Part shown: positions 37,801 through 49,156 of the stretch, piece after piece
Layout: each line of letters opens with the position of its first letter
Position numbering within the stretch: position 1 is the first letter of the stretch
Assembly: GCA_964016885.1 (NCBI GenBank)
Contig: OZ024745.1
Span: 93,930,001 to 93,994,000, forward strand
Direction of reading: 5' to 3'
Length of the DNA: 64,000 nucleotides
Source of the DNA: Eledone cirrhosa
Lineage: Eukaryota
The notes under the pieces: generated by a model
What the model saw: the letters and a program-made list of their open reading frames with translations, nothing else
What the model was told of the DNA's origin: nothing
The model's database searches: none
Translations under genes and position numbers: made by a program

Positions 37801-40705
37801 TTACGGTCCGAATTCAAATGCTGTTGAGATTAGCTTTACCTTTCATCCTTACGGGGGTCGATTAATAAAGCACCAGTAATGTATTGTTGGCCTTGTATGT
37901 AAATCAGAAATCATTATTGGCAGTATCAGTATAGGGTCGGATGCCATGCTTTGACGCATAGAGTTATGGCCCTTGCCATTCTGAGTTCAAATCCCGCCAA
38001 GGTTAACTTTGCCTTTCATTCTTACGGGGTCGATAAAATAAAGTACAGGTAATTGCTGGCCTTGTGCCAAAAGTAGAAACAATTATTTTGTTAACTGTTG
38101 TTTTTATTGTTATTTTAATGTCATCTAGGCATGGATTGATTGTGTTTGGTGGTTTAAAAGGCTTGGAAGCTAGTCTGGAAGCTGATGACAAACTAACAGT
38201 AGATGATCCAAAGTACTTATTTGAGTATTATTTGAATACTTGTCCACACCAAGGAAGTCGGACAATACGGACGGAAGTAAATTTTTCTTTTATTTTGTTT
38301 TTCTGTTTATCTTCCTTTCTATCTACCTCTATAGGTGGCAAATTGGCAAAGTTGTTAGGATGTTGGATAGAATGCTTTATGGTATTCATTCCACTCTCTG
38401 CTTTCTGAGTTCAAATCCTGCTGAGGTCAACTTTGCCTTTCATCCTTTTGAGGTTGATAAAAAAGTACCAGTCTAGATGAGTGAGTTGGGATTGTTTGTG
38501 TGGAGGTGTCATGAAACCAGCCAGTTCTAAGATGCAGTGGGGCCATGGTAGTAGCAGTAGAAAATGCAGAGAGAGGAGACAGTATGTAGATGAGAAGTGG
38601 GATTGTGTTGGAGAAGGACTTCATGCCAATCAGTCATGTGGCGATTTGTTTTTTTTTTCTTGATGGAGATCACCGAGGATCTTTCAATGCAAAAACATAT
38701 CCATGAAAGTCACAAAAGCTGTCCTTCTTCTTCAGGGCTATAGAATACTTAATTCAGCTCCAAATAACTACTAACCCCAACTATCAACTAACCAAAAGTT
38801 TGAGTGATACTAACAATGGCAAACAGGATCAATTTAAATTTCTATCTTGGTGACCGTGTCTTGGTCACACAGAACTGTTTCTGGCTTGGTTTCTACAGCT
38901 GGATGTCCTTCCTAATGACAACCACATTTACAGTGAGGACTGGGTGCTTGTCATGTCACCTACATGAACACTTTACAGTGTGGACTGGGTGCTTTTTGTT
39001 GTGACACCTACATGACCACTCTACAGTGAGGGCTGGGTGCTTTTTGTCGTGTTACCTACATGACCACTTTACAATGGGGGTTAGCATGGAAGATGGACGT
39101 TAAACGAAGATGATGATGATGATGATGACCTACAGGACCACTTTACATTGTGGACTGGATGCTTTTTGTTGTGATACCAACACAACAACTTAAACACAGA
39201 AATGTCTTTAGACAAGCATTTAAGATGGTATTGCTATGATGCACAGATATCCTAGAGTGTCCCCCCCCCCCCACTACAACAAAAAATCAACAAAAAAATA
39301 ACTAAAACAAAAAAAATCGTATCCTAACTGATTGACATTGAAGTGTGAGGAGATGAGTTCAATCCATTGGATATGACAATATTAGCTGGTATGAGAAACT
39401 GAGTATGAGTGAGCTGAGAGTGTGTTTAGGTTTAACTCTTTAGCATTTAAACCAGCCATATCCAGCCAGAATTCTCTCACCTCTTTCTGTTTAAACTGGC
39501 TGTAACTGCCTGCTCATACTGACATTAAGGCATTGTTCTCAAAATAAATAACATCAAAATCTCTTATATTTGATATTATGTGAGATAAAGCCTTTTCCAC
39601 AAAAATACAATTGTAAACATAGAGTAATGTAAATGCTAAAGGGTTAAAGACACTAATTGATGATAGTAATGATGATGTTGATGATGATGACAACAACAAT
39701 GATGATGATAAAGATGACCATCATCCTGATCATCTCTGTGATCTAGCTAGTAACAAAGGCTGGAGTCGTAGCATCAGTTGGAACACTATATTTGTGGTTG
39801 GTGTTAGGAAGGGCATCCAGCAGTAGAAGCGAAGCTGAAACCAGTTCTGTATGAACAAGACATGGTCATCTGACCTGGCTTCTCTCACAACAAGGCAACT
39901 CGTCTAACCCATGCTAGCATGGAAAAATGGACGTTAAATGATGATATCTCATTGACCTACATCATCATCCATTGTTGAAATAAAATCTACAGAAGTATTT
40001 CAGCTCAATATTGGAAGTCTGTAAACACTGTATCCCCAGTAGGATGTCTTTTTGTAAATAGTGTATCCACAAATTAAAGAGGAAAAAATATCAAACTATT
40101 GTTGGTAATCTATGTGATAGTTGTACCCAGCACGTTCTGTAAAGTGGTTGGTGATAATAAGGGCACACAGCTGTAGAAAGTTTACCAAACAAAGAGTTCT
40201 GGGGACTCTTCAGTTGTGTTATTGACCTTGAAGGCTCCCTAGTGTTTGTGATATACCAGATAAAGGCACCCAATATGCACTCTGTAAAGCGGTTGGTGAT
40301 AGGAAGGGCATCCAACCATAGAAAACTTGCCAAACAAAGAGTTGTGAGGATTTTTCAGCTGTGCCAAAGACATGACAACAACCCTAATGCTGATGCCATG
40401 ATAAAATTCATTAGGTTGAGCATAGGATCGTCTGTAAGTGAGAATTAGGCCCCTGGCCCATCTGATAAGTCAGTGGCTTCAGTTCAGTACTGATTTGGTA
40501 TGTGAAAACATGTCTAACCTATGTTTGCAAGGAAAATGGAGTTAAATGATGATGGTGTAACAATACACTTTATGTGTGTCTGTACTGAAATGAAAATAAG
40601 TTTTTACTTGCACTAATTTTATATTTCCTCTTTTTATCATTACAGGAAGCCATATTAATAACAATGTCTGCTTTGAGACCCAAAATAGATGTTGCTCAAC
40701 GATAA
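15643..40705 (+). CDS. SPOUT1: SPOUT domain-containing methyltransferase 1 (C9orf114/CENP-32); 11 coding exons, 394 aa
   Basis: Hand-spliced exons 15643-15741, 18865-18898, 20280-20438, 27043-27131, 27481-27551, 28200-28324, 30586-30713, 31888-31957, 34380-34581, 38129-38276, 40646-40705 sum to 1185 nt, stay in frame and have GT-AG introns. Motifs TLSIALPGSILDNAQ, RTYLAGQVARA, ILQYMECPQYIRK, YWGYTVR, IIGTSDKG, VFGGLKGLE and NTCPHQGSRTIRTEEAILI match the C9orf114 family as I recall it. Confidence 0.95.
16295..16735 (-). mobile_element. 5'-truncated 3' fragment of the same CRE family in SPOUT1 intron 1
   Basis: Reverse complement aligns by eye with 13466-13715 (…AASVLACLKN* and start of 3' UTR). 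Confidence 0.88.
17737..18148. repeat. 41-bp tandem repeat, about 10 copies
   Basis: GCCCTCGTGCACTGTAAGCAGTGTGTTGATCTGGTGTTTAT; period seen at 17761/17802. Confidence 0.92.
18865..18898 (+). CDS. SPOUT1: SPOUT1 exon 2 (TKEKRKKEYEK), 34 nt
   Basis: T-rich tract + TTGCAG acceptor, GTAAGC donor, phase 0 to 1. Confidence 0.75.
20280..20438 (+). CDS. SPOUT1: SPOUT1 exon 3 (Lys/Glu-rich)
   Basis: TTTTTTAG acceptor, open frame KKLKKKLLKEKKLLEEF...DDCK, G|GTAGGG donor; phase 1 joins exon 4 to give GRYYTLS. Confidence 0.85.
20524..25416. repeat. 33-bp minisatellite, about 148 copies, in SPOUT1 intron 3
   Basis: Unit AACTAGGCAGTTGGTAGTCCCACAGCTCTC(C/T)AT; one 2-bp deletion at about 23121. Confidence 0.98.
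25977..26362 (+). mobile_element. Composite SINE: tRNA head + CORE-like body + RTE-derived tail; copies at 241-585 (-) and 46144-46450 (+)
   Basis: TGGCTTAGTGG and GTTCAATTC boxes; CCTTGAGCAAGACACTT; AGGAAGGG…CATCCAGCTGTAGAAA; (GAT)n tail. Confidence 0.88.
26510..26779. mobile_element. Second inverted Penelope-like pLTR pair with degenerate hammerhead motif and a 4 x 24-bp tandem spacer (SPOUT1 intron 3)
   Basis: Arms about 26510-26587 and 26700-26779; consensus TCCT-CTGAAGAA-GAGAT-TTTG-ATCTC-GAAA-TATC-AGGA; (TGAGCGCTACCTTGCCTCCAAGAG)4 at 26601-26696. Confidence 0.7.
27043..27131 (+). CDS. SPOUT1: SPOUT1 exon 4 (GRYYTLSIALPGSILDNAQSFPLRTYLAGQ)
   Basis: TTTTCAG acceptor, CAG|GTAAGT donor, family signature. 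Confidence 0.97.
27481..27551 (+). CDS. SPOUT1: SPOUT1 exon 5 (VARAAVIFNVDEIIIFDETKRSN)
   Basis: TTGCAG acceptor; AA|GTAGGT donor, phase 2 fits exon 6. Confidence 0.93.
28200..28324 (+). CDS. SPOUT1: SPOUT1 exon 6 (…FGRILQYMECPQYIRKNFFPKHSDLQYA)
   Basis: CATAG acceptor, CAG|GTGAGA donor, conserved ECPQYxRK. Confidence 0.96.
29853..30245 (-). mobile_element. RTE-clade LINE 3' fragment with (ATG)n tail
   Basis: Minus translation RRLCWYGHVMHM…RGRPRKTWAEVVRADLK; related fragments at about 1830-2080, 29240-29760, 45260-45495, 61650-61790, 63025-63150. Confidence 0.85.
30586..30713 (+). CDS. SPOUT1: SPOUT1 exon 7 (GLLNPLGCPHHMSVDEESIYREGVV…)
   Basis: TTTTCAG acceptor, AGG|GTAATA donor. Confidence 0.95.
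31567..31773. mobile_element. Second TTAA/CCCTTT MITE family (related copy at about 36070-36280)
   Basis: TTAACCCTTTAGTTAC…GAAAGGG; interior is the reverse complement of 36100-36280. Confidence 0.65.
31888..31957 (+). CDS. SPOUT1: SPOUT1 exon 8 (DVVVDQTVPSGKRITVKLDALHT)
   Basis: Pyrimidine tract + CAG, A|GTGAGT donor; GxRxTV motif. Confidence 0.92.
34174..34350. mobile_element. pogo/Tigger-like MITE
   Basis: TA-CAGGTAAAGTTCCGTTATAACGAA … TTCGTTATAACCGAATTTCACTG with repeated GTTATAAC subterminal motifs. Confidence 0.75.
34380..34581 (+). CDS. SPOUT1: SPOUT1 exon 9 (…PRIESGIYWGYTVRMADSLS…GYDTIIGTSDKG…)
   Basis: TTTTACAG acceptor, CAG|GTTTGT donor, conserved motifs. Confidence 0.96.
34889..34964. 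mobile_element. Tiny Tc1/mariner-type MITE (76 bp)
   Basis: CAGGGTGTCCAAAAA…TTTTTGGGGAGACCCTG within (TA)n/(CA)n. Confidence 0.7.
35150..35442. mobile_element. Inverted Penelope-like pLTR pair with minimal hammerhead motif (SPOUT1 intron 9)
   Basis: Arms 35150-35248 and 35342-35442 with a 57-bp perfect core; TTGAGAA-GCCC-ATCC-GGGC-GAAA-CGTACG-TA. Confidence 0.75.
35351..35391 (+). ncRNA. Candidate minimal type I hammerhead ribozyme (U3:A8 variant)
   Basis: Core UUGAGAA 35356-35362, stem II GCCC/GGGC, GAAA 35375-35378, palindromic ACGUACGU, GUA triplet 35384-35386; stem I weak. Confidence 0.55.
37465..37628 (+). mobile_element. 3'-end fragment of the CR1-like LINE family; others at 26458-26509 and 32070-32180 (-)
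   Basis: Matches 49155-49290 (GTGCACCTGAGCACT…CACAATAA + (TTA)n). Confidence 0.85.
38129..38276 (+). CDS. SPOUT1: SPOUT1 exon 10 (HGLIVFGGLKGLE…NTCPHQGSRTIRTE)
   Basis: CTAG acceptor, GAA|GTAAAT donor; SAM-binding knot region. Confidence 0.96.
40646..40705 (+). CDS. SPOUT1: SPOUT1 last coding exon (EAILITMSALRPKIDVAQR*)
   Basis: TTACAG acceptor; completes RTEEAILI; TAA at 40703-40705; AATAAA candidates at about 40818, 41156 and 41401. Confidence 0.93.
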   Translation, partial: EAILITMSALRPKIDVAQR

Positions 40706-42526
40706 CATTTCTGCAATTGGTAGGATGTCTCTTCACTGAAGAATTTGCCAGTTATATCTCTTTGTAGTTTCTATATAAAGTGGTTGGCATTAAGGAGGGC
40801 ATCCAGTTGTTATTCATAATAAAAAGAACATTACAAGAAATCTCATACATTATAAAATAAATAGGACGGGCTGGCGTCTCAATATGTAAATTAAACGACT
40901 AATTCTGGTTTTTAAAAAAATCTGCAGAGGCATCCTAGAAAAATTACTGATTTTCCAACTCCCCTGCATATTTCAATTCCCCCTATTATTTAGGAACCGA
41001 GAGTAATGATGGTAATAGAAATAATCTCAATTGACTAAGCATTTGGTTAGTTTTATAGAAAGAAGTGTGTTAAACCTGGATTACTCTATTCCTGTTAAAT
41101 TGTCTCTATTTCTAGTTGAGAAGGTTCCTAAATAGACATAATACTAAAAGAAAGAAATAAACATAAAAAAGGTAACACAAAATATTATAAAGTTAATATG
41201 AATGCTTAATTATAAGAATGATTATATTTTCCATTTTTTGTAAATGTTTACGTAGTTTAGGACATGTTGGAATTTGCAGGGAATATTGGAATGGATGGGG
41301 AAGGGTATTTTAGGGAGTTTTTATTTTTTTGAGAATTTGAAAGAATTTAAAAAAATGTAATCTAAATTTTATAAATATTTAAAATGATTTTACTATTTTT
41401 AATAAAAACATGTAGCTATATGCTACATGGTTGTTTACATGGAAAATATGTAAGCAATAAAATAAAATATATTTTCTTTCTATTCAGTCAAAAGACAGAA
41501 TCTATTACCATTTTTAGAACTCTACGAGACAAATGAAATTGAAGACCTCACTTGATACGTTTAAAGAATGAAAAGCAAAATTGATCTTGGCAAGATTTGA
41601 AATTGGTGTGCAGAAAACCAGAACTAATCCCAATAAGAATTCTTTCCAATGTTCTAACAAATCTGCCAGTTCACTGCCTATCTCTTGATATAATATAATA
41701 AAATATACTAACCATAATATGACATTTAACCAGGGCCATAAGTTTTTATTGGAAATAAAAATGTTATCAAATGACCTTTGTTGCAAATGTTGTGATACTA
41801 TGTCCATCTATGACCCTACCCCACATTCCTCTTTATTTTTTATAAATAAAAATGGTAAATTTCGCTTTGCTTTTCTTGTTATTGTTGTTTAGTCTAATAT
41901 CAGCCCTGATTGAACAAACTCCTGATCAGAAATGTTTTAGTCATCACCATACTCACTCTTTATATTCTTCTTCTTTTTCTTCTTGCATATGAGATTGTTA
42001 CAGTCTCTGGTTGTTGTCATTTACTTGATCGAAATCAGAGATCAGTTTCCAAGGCCTACTGTGAGGAGGTCAACAACTTGGGGCCCTATAATTTCTGGCA
42101 TAGGGCATCTCAGACCAGATTATCCAATATATATTTCATATTTTTAAAAGATTGCTGGGTGTTATGTGAAAAATATTTAATTTCTAGCAAATTGTAGAGG
42201 TTCAATCATTGGGTGGATCTTGATATTATTTATTTTGAGAACAATACCTTAATGTCAGTATGAGTGGCTGGTTTGAATGGAATGAGATGAGAGAATTTTG
42301 GCCGGATACGGCCGGTTTAAATGTTAAAAGGTTAAAGTACTGATTGCATATGGATGCTAGAGTTGGAGTTTTACAAAAGCAATTGTGTTTTGTCCTTAAA
42401 TGAATTGATTCATAGCCTTAAGAGTTCTCTTAAAGATTCTGGTTTTAAAGTGTTAAATAGATGAAAAATACATTAACCACTTAAGAAAATGTTTATTGAA
42501 TTGAAGCACAGTATTGTCATATTTAA

Positions 42527-42746
42527 CCCTTTAGCATTGAAACTGGCTGCATCCAGCCAGAATCCTCTGAACTCTTTCTGTTCAAACCAGCAATAATTGG
42601 CCACTCATATTGATGTTAAGGTATTGTTTTCAAAATAAATAATATCAAAATCTCATGGATCCAATATTATGTGAAGTAAAGCCTTTACCGCGAAAATACA
42701 ATAGTAAATATGATAGCATATATAGAGCAATGTAAATGCTAAAGGG
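42527..42746. mobile_element. piggyBac-type MITE, reverse orientation
   Basis: TTAA-CCCTTTAGCATT…AATGCTAAAGGG-TTAA. Confidence 0.88.
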
Positions 42747-43504
42747 TTAAATATATAATGTTCCTTGTAGTGGATTTGAAATCAGGGCCAATGAGATTCT
42801 AATTCAATAGCATGTTTCCCTTTATGTTCTTTTAAGAATGGTATTTTATTTTATGAATTTATAAGGAAAACATGGTCCTTCTACCTGTTTAGGAGAACAG
42901 TAACACTAAAGAAGAGTTGATTCAGATCATAATGACCCATCCAACCCATGTCAATATAGAAAGTGGACATAAAATAATTGTTTCTATTTTAGGCACAAGG
43001 CCAGCAAATACTCAGTACATTACTGGTACTTTATTTTATCGACCCCGTAAGGATGAAAGGCAAAGTTAACCTTGGCGGGATTTGCACTCAGATCATAAAG
43101 GGACGGAACTCTATGCTTCAAAGCATGGTGTCCAACTCTCTACCAATCCCAAAATAATGGTTTCTGATTTAGGCACAAGGCCAATAATTTTAGTGGAGAG
43201 GAAAGTCAATTAACCCTTTAGCATTTACATTATATATACTATTGTATTTTAGCAGTAAAGGCTTTATCTCACATACTGCCAAATCTCTGAGATTTTGAAA
43301 ACAATACCTTAACATCAGTATGAGTGGCCAGTTTGAACAGTAAATCAACCTCAGTGAATTACTGTTGCTTTATTTTATTGACCATGTAAAGATGAAAGGC
43401 AAAGCTAATCTCTGCAGCATTTGAACTCAGAACATAAAGGGATGTAACTAAATGCCTCAAAGCATGTCTGATGCTCTACCGATACTGCCAATCCACCGCC
43501 ATGT

Positions 43505-43601
43505 GCTTACAGCATCTAGGTTTCTCAAGCAGTCATCCATCTAAGTACCAATTAGGCTTGATGCTGCTTAACTTCAGTGATCAGAAGAGAACCAGTGTTT
43601 T
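43505..43601 (-). pseudogene. 5'-truncated 5S rRNA pseudogene
   Basis: Minus strand AAAACACTGGTTCTCTTCTGATCACTGAAGTTAAGCAGCATCAAGCCTAATTGGTACTTAGATGGATGACTGCTTGAGAAACCTAGATGCTGTAAGC is colinear with invertebrate 5S from about nt 22 to the end; many mismatches are CpG transitions. Confidence 0.85.
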
Positions 43602-46600
43602 AGAGAGGACCCATCTATCTAGTCTGACAAATAAGACACTGCTGGAGAGGACCCTTCTATCTAGCATGGAAAAAGGGATGTATAAATGATGATGAGTTAA
43701 CTCAATAAGGATCTATTTATTTTTACTTGCCTCAATTCATTATACATCATCATTTAACATCTACTTCCCCTGCTGGCAAGGGTTGGATGAATTTTCACAG
43801 ACAGAGTCAATACTGAAGTAGGGCTACTGATTTTCCAGTCAGGCTAGGAGTTTGCATCTCACTTATGTACACTCATTACATTCTACTAAGTGCATTTTAT
43901 TGTGGCATCAGCACCAAAGAGGCTGTCATTCCTTTGACAGATCTGAAGGGTCCTCCCAACCCTTTGTTTTTCAAGCTTTCTATGGCTGACTGCACTATCA
44001 CCAACCACTTTACAGGGAGTACAAGGTAATTTTGTTGTGTACATCCCCACCACTATGTATTTAGATCATAAGCATTTGGTCAGGTTTTCTGGAGAAGGTT
44101 GTGACACAGAGTATTTTTCATGAAGAGATTTGTCATTTATTTGTTTAACCCTTTAGCATTTACATTACTCTTTATATACTATTGTATTTTCATGGTAAAG
44201 GCTTTATCTCTCATAATTATCTCACATAATATTGAAGCTACGAGATTTTGATATTATCTATTTTGAGAACAATATCTTAATGTTAGTATGTGTGGACAGT
44301 TACGGCCGGTTTGAAAAGAAAGGTGAGAGAATTCTGGACAGATATGGCCGGTTTAAATGTTAAAAGGTTAATGTTTATAAGGCATAAAATTAAACCTTGA
44401 CATGATAAGTCAAAATGACTCCTGAAAAGACTAACTCTATAGATTGATGTAACATTCAAGACATTGATGAATTTGACAGTAAGGAGAATTTGTTTTTCTA
44501 AGAATCTTTTAAAATATAAGATCAATGATAAATGCTGAGTAGGACACTAGTCAGATGTTCTGGTACCTGTTCCTAACAGCTAAACAATCTAAGATGCAAC
44601 AGAATGTTCTATCAATATACACATAACCTATAATGGAATTGAACTTAAGATTAACGAGCTGATAATATCCTACCATACCAAATTTAATCATGTTGCTTCT
44701 ACTACGCATTATACATGTTACCATTACACATAGAAGCTTAGATTAAGTTGATGGGATCCACAAACTGTTGGTGTTTTCTGTCTGGACCTCCTTGATTTTC
44801 TCAGTTGGGTTTATCCCAAGTACCGAAAGTCAAATCTCTTGGTAAATGAACTCAGTAAATAAAACTATTCATTAGATTTTACTGTGCAGCTTATATTTAC
44901 ACTTGGAATTATCTCACTATTCAAAAATTATTTAGAACTAAGTAGACTTGGCTGATGAGAGATAAGGGTTTGGGCTACAGACATCGTATTGATTGTGACA
45001 ACAAACAATAACCACTTGGCCAACTATTTTGTAAAGTACTACTAATTAGTAAATCTGAAGCATTCTTATGCTTGCCACAAAGTGGCATGACAATGATGAA
45101 GATTGTAAAAGCTCAGCACACTACCAATAATGGATTATTATTAAATGGTTTTCCAACTAAATAGTTAACAGTTACTAAATTCGTCATAACAGGACTTTTG
45201 TCATAATTCTTCTAAAGATGATGATGAAAATGCTGGTAATAATTATTTTCTAATTTTGTAAGAAGAGTGGCCATGTGGTTAGAATGTCTTAAGAAAGAAT
45301 TGCGGACAGATTTTATGGGCAAAAACCAACCGGCAGGAGACTCAGGGAAAGACCCCGAACAAGATAGTTGGATAATATCAATGAGCTCGGCTGTTCTAGC
45401 TTGGGGAACCAGCCAGATCTATTGGAGATGGTTGCTCTGAGAGGACCTGCAGAAAGTAGTGTTTCATGAGCCCCCACAGGAAGAAGAAGAAGAAATATAC
45501 TTGTTTACTTAGTATACACTCTTCATATATTTTAGTAATTCCTTTGAAGGATATTAAATCTTCAAAGCCTGCATCAGTGAGATTTGTCTGGCCAATCTTT
45601 CATCAATTATCCATATTTTTTAGGAATGAGTGAAATCCATTCACATACAAAGTTTGGATATTATAAAATATCAGGTTGGTCTTCTGAGAACTCCATCATC
45701 ATAACTGCCAAGATCATGATGGTGGTGGTTAGAAGACCCGCTTTCCCTTGCGTACAAAGTTAAACCTAGTCAGTAGGCACTTCTTAACCAACTATACACC
45801 CCAACCCACTACCCCTACTCCATCCTCCCACTCCCACACACACCACCCTTTCTTTGTAAAGTTATGTAGGTACCTCAGAATATCCAGTCTTCATTAATGT
45901 GGTTGTGTAGGTGTCACAACAAAAAAAGCACCCAGTCCACGCTGTAAAGTGGTCATGTAGGAGACACGGTAAAAAAGCTCCCAGTCCACACTGTAAAGTA
46001 GTTGTGTAGGTGTCACAACAAAAAGCACCCAGTCCACACTGTAAAGTGGTCATGTAGGAGACAAGGTAAAAAGGCTCCCAGTCCTCACTGTAAATGAGGT
46101 TGATGTTAGGAAGGGCATACAATGGTAGAAAACCTGCCAGATACATTGGGCTTGCAATCGAAAGGTTGTGAGTTCAATTCTCAGACCGGGTGATGTGTTG
46201 TTTCCTTGAGCAAGACACTTTATTTCACATTGCTCCAGTTTACTCAGCTGTAGAAATGAGATGATAGGGACTGGGGTCCATATCATTCCACTACAAAGTG
46301 GTCGTGGAGGTGCCACGGCAAAAAAGCACCCAACACTCACTGTAAATGAGGTTGGTGTTAGGAAGGGCATCCAGCTGTAGAAATCAAGCCAGAATCAGTT
46401 CCCGTCCCACCCTTGCAAACAGGGAAAAAGCGGACGTAAAATGAAATGATGAAATAATACAGTCCTATATGAGTGGGACACGGTCACCTGATCAATCTTG
46501 CCTCAAATGGGACAATTTCCATCTAACCCATGCTAGTGTGGAAGATAGATGTTAAACAATGATGATGATGATGATGATGAGATCTCCATGCAGTCTCCAT

Positions 46601-46812
46601 TTACTATTTTCAATTCCTTTATTACTCGAAAAAGCAAAATGTTCAGGAATGAAAAGAATGTATGAAATACTGTTTCCTTTTCTCTAATTAAATCGTTTTA
46701 TTAGTGCATTAATTACTCTTAGTTTATTGGTACATTCCGTTAAGTCAGCTCAATGCTGAAGATTCGTTAGTTTGATGTCAAACACTAAAACAGGTCAGGT
46801 ACTGAAAAACTA

Positions 46813-47184
46813 ATCATCCACTATCACCACCACCACCACCACCACCACCACCACCACCACCACCACCACTACCACCACCACCACCACTACCACCACTGCC
46901 ACCACCACTACCACTACCACCACCACTACCACTACCACCACCACCACCACTACCACTACCACCACCACCACCATCACCACCACCACCACCACCACCACCA
47001 TCACCACTACCACTACCACTACCACCACCACCACTACCACTACCACTACCACCACCACCACCACAACCACCATCACCACCACCACCCTCACTGACATCAT
47101 CACCATCAGCACTACCAGCATCAGCACTACCACCATCACCATCACCACCACTATCACCATCACCACCACTATCACCACCACTAC

Positions 47185-47220
<36 letters not shown>
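46813..47220. repeat. (CAC/TAC/CAT)n trinucleotide microsatellite
   Basis: Directly visible. Confidence 0.97.
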
Positions 47221-47329
47221 TATTAGTTTAATAAACAATTTTCCATCCTGGCGTCCATTGTATAGGATATTTCTATTCTTCTTAATCTTGAGAATTACGA
47301 TGTCTCAACTCAGACTTCCCCACTGTCCC

Positions 47330-47995
47330 CATGACAACAGATCTGTCACTTTCTCTGTCACTATGGCAACAGATCTAATTCTTGTTTTCACATTTCTCTA
47401 TCACTATGGCAACAGATCTGTCTCTTATTTTCACCTTTCTCTGTCACTATGGCGACAGATCTGTCTCTTATTTTCACCTTTCTCTGTCACTATGGCAACA
47501 GATCTGTCTCTTATTTTCACCTTTCTCTGTCACTATGGCAATAGATCTGTCTTTTTTTTCACATTTCTCTATCGCTATGACAACAGATGTGTCTTTTGTG
47601 TTCACCTTTCTCTGTCTCTATGACAACAGATCTACCTCTTGTTTTCACCTTTCTCTGTCACTATGACAACAGATCTACCTCTTGTTTTTATCACTATGAC
47701 AACAGATCTATTTCTTGTTTTCACCTTTCTCTGTCACTATGGTAACAGATGTGTCTCTTCTTTTCAGCTTTCTCTGTCACTCTGGTGACAGATCTGCCTT
47801 TTGTTTTTAACTTTCTCTGTCACAATGACAACAGATGTATCTCTTGTTTTCACCTTTCCCTGTCACTATGACAACAGACCTATATCTTTTCACTTTTCTC
47901 TGTCACTATGACAACAGACCTATATCTTTTCACTTTTCTCTGTCACTATGACAACAGACCTATATCTTTTTACCTTTCCCTGTCACAATGACAGC
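47330..47995. repeat. About 43-bp diverged tandem repeat, about 15 copies
   Basis: TTTTCACCTTTCTCTGTCACTATGGCAACAGATCTGTCTCTTA; period seen at 47401/47444. Confidence 0.92.
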
Positions 47996-48169
47996 AGAAA
48001 ACATTCTGGACAGGTGAGAATAAATGGAACACTGTATGTCCAACACTATTTAATTGAAAATAATAAAAACTTAGATCATATATTAATATAAATCACTGTC
48101 TTGTAGTCCTGGCAGACAGGATGAAGAAGACATTGCCCTGGGTAGCCAACTCTGTTTCGATAGTAGGGA

Positions 48170-48556
48170 GTATTCTCGGGTCTTCCATTTATTAATTTTT
48201 CAGATTTTTTCCAAACCCACCCCACTCCTACCCCCACTCCCGCCACTTTTTAAAATTTTGCTAATCTATCTCCGGCGAAATTTTATTTTAAGTGGAAGCA
48301 TTCCTGTGACAATTTTCTTTATACATTAAAAAACAATTTACATGACAAAAAAAGTACATTACTATGTTTCAAAATAAATATGATAGGTTAGGGTCTCAAT
48401 ATGTAAACTAAACAAATAATTCTGGCTTTTAAAAAAGTCCACAGAGATGACCTAGAATAATTAGCAATTTTCCAAAACCCTGTTAATTTCACCATTCCCA
48501 CTTATTCCCCCCCCCCCCACCTATTCTACCCCCACCCCTCTTTGGGACCCAGACTA
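48170..48556. mobile_element. Non-autonomous DNA element; partial copy at about 40795-41004
   Basis: TATTCTCGGGTC…GGGACCCAGACTA ends; 48330-48500 aligns by eye with 40800-40990. Confidence 0.55.
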
Positions 48557-49106
48557 GTTGTACTGATCCCACTAGGTATTGTAAATCTATATTATATGTC
48601 AATTCTATTATCTTCTTTTGCACACATTAGCTTATGTTTATAATACATTGCTGCCCCCAGGTCATTAATAGCACTTCTTGCAATGATCTTACTTAACTGT
48701 TTCCTCTTTAGCATCTCTATATCTTTTGAGTTATCAGTGTTCTCAACTCAATATTATGCAGCAGCATACTTCTTGTCACATGTATTATATAGTTCACCAT
48801 TTACATGGAAAAAAAAACCAGTTGTTGTATAACTCCATTTATCCAGCAGTCCTGTGACTATCCTATGTATATGTTAAGGACTACATTGATTTTTTATTTA
48901 AATTGGTAGAGGGTTATTTGGCTGCTATGTCTAGTGACCATTTAAAGGTTCCTTCATTGGCTTGATAATAACTGTCTTGATTTTCTTCACTTATCTAGTT
49001 ACTATAGTTTCACAAAACCTTCACTATTATTTGTGTCTTCTAGGAAAGAAGCGCCTCCACTAGTCTAGTAACTTAATAGTTGAGTGGCTCGGTTACAAAT
49101 TGTTTT

Positions 49107-49108
<2 letters not shown>

Positions 49109-49156
<48 letters not shown>

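Noticed and set aside
46810-47238. Poly-Val/Met membrane protein ORF
   Set aside because: Translation of a (CAC)n microsatellite.
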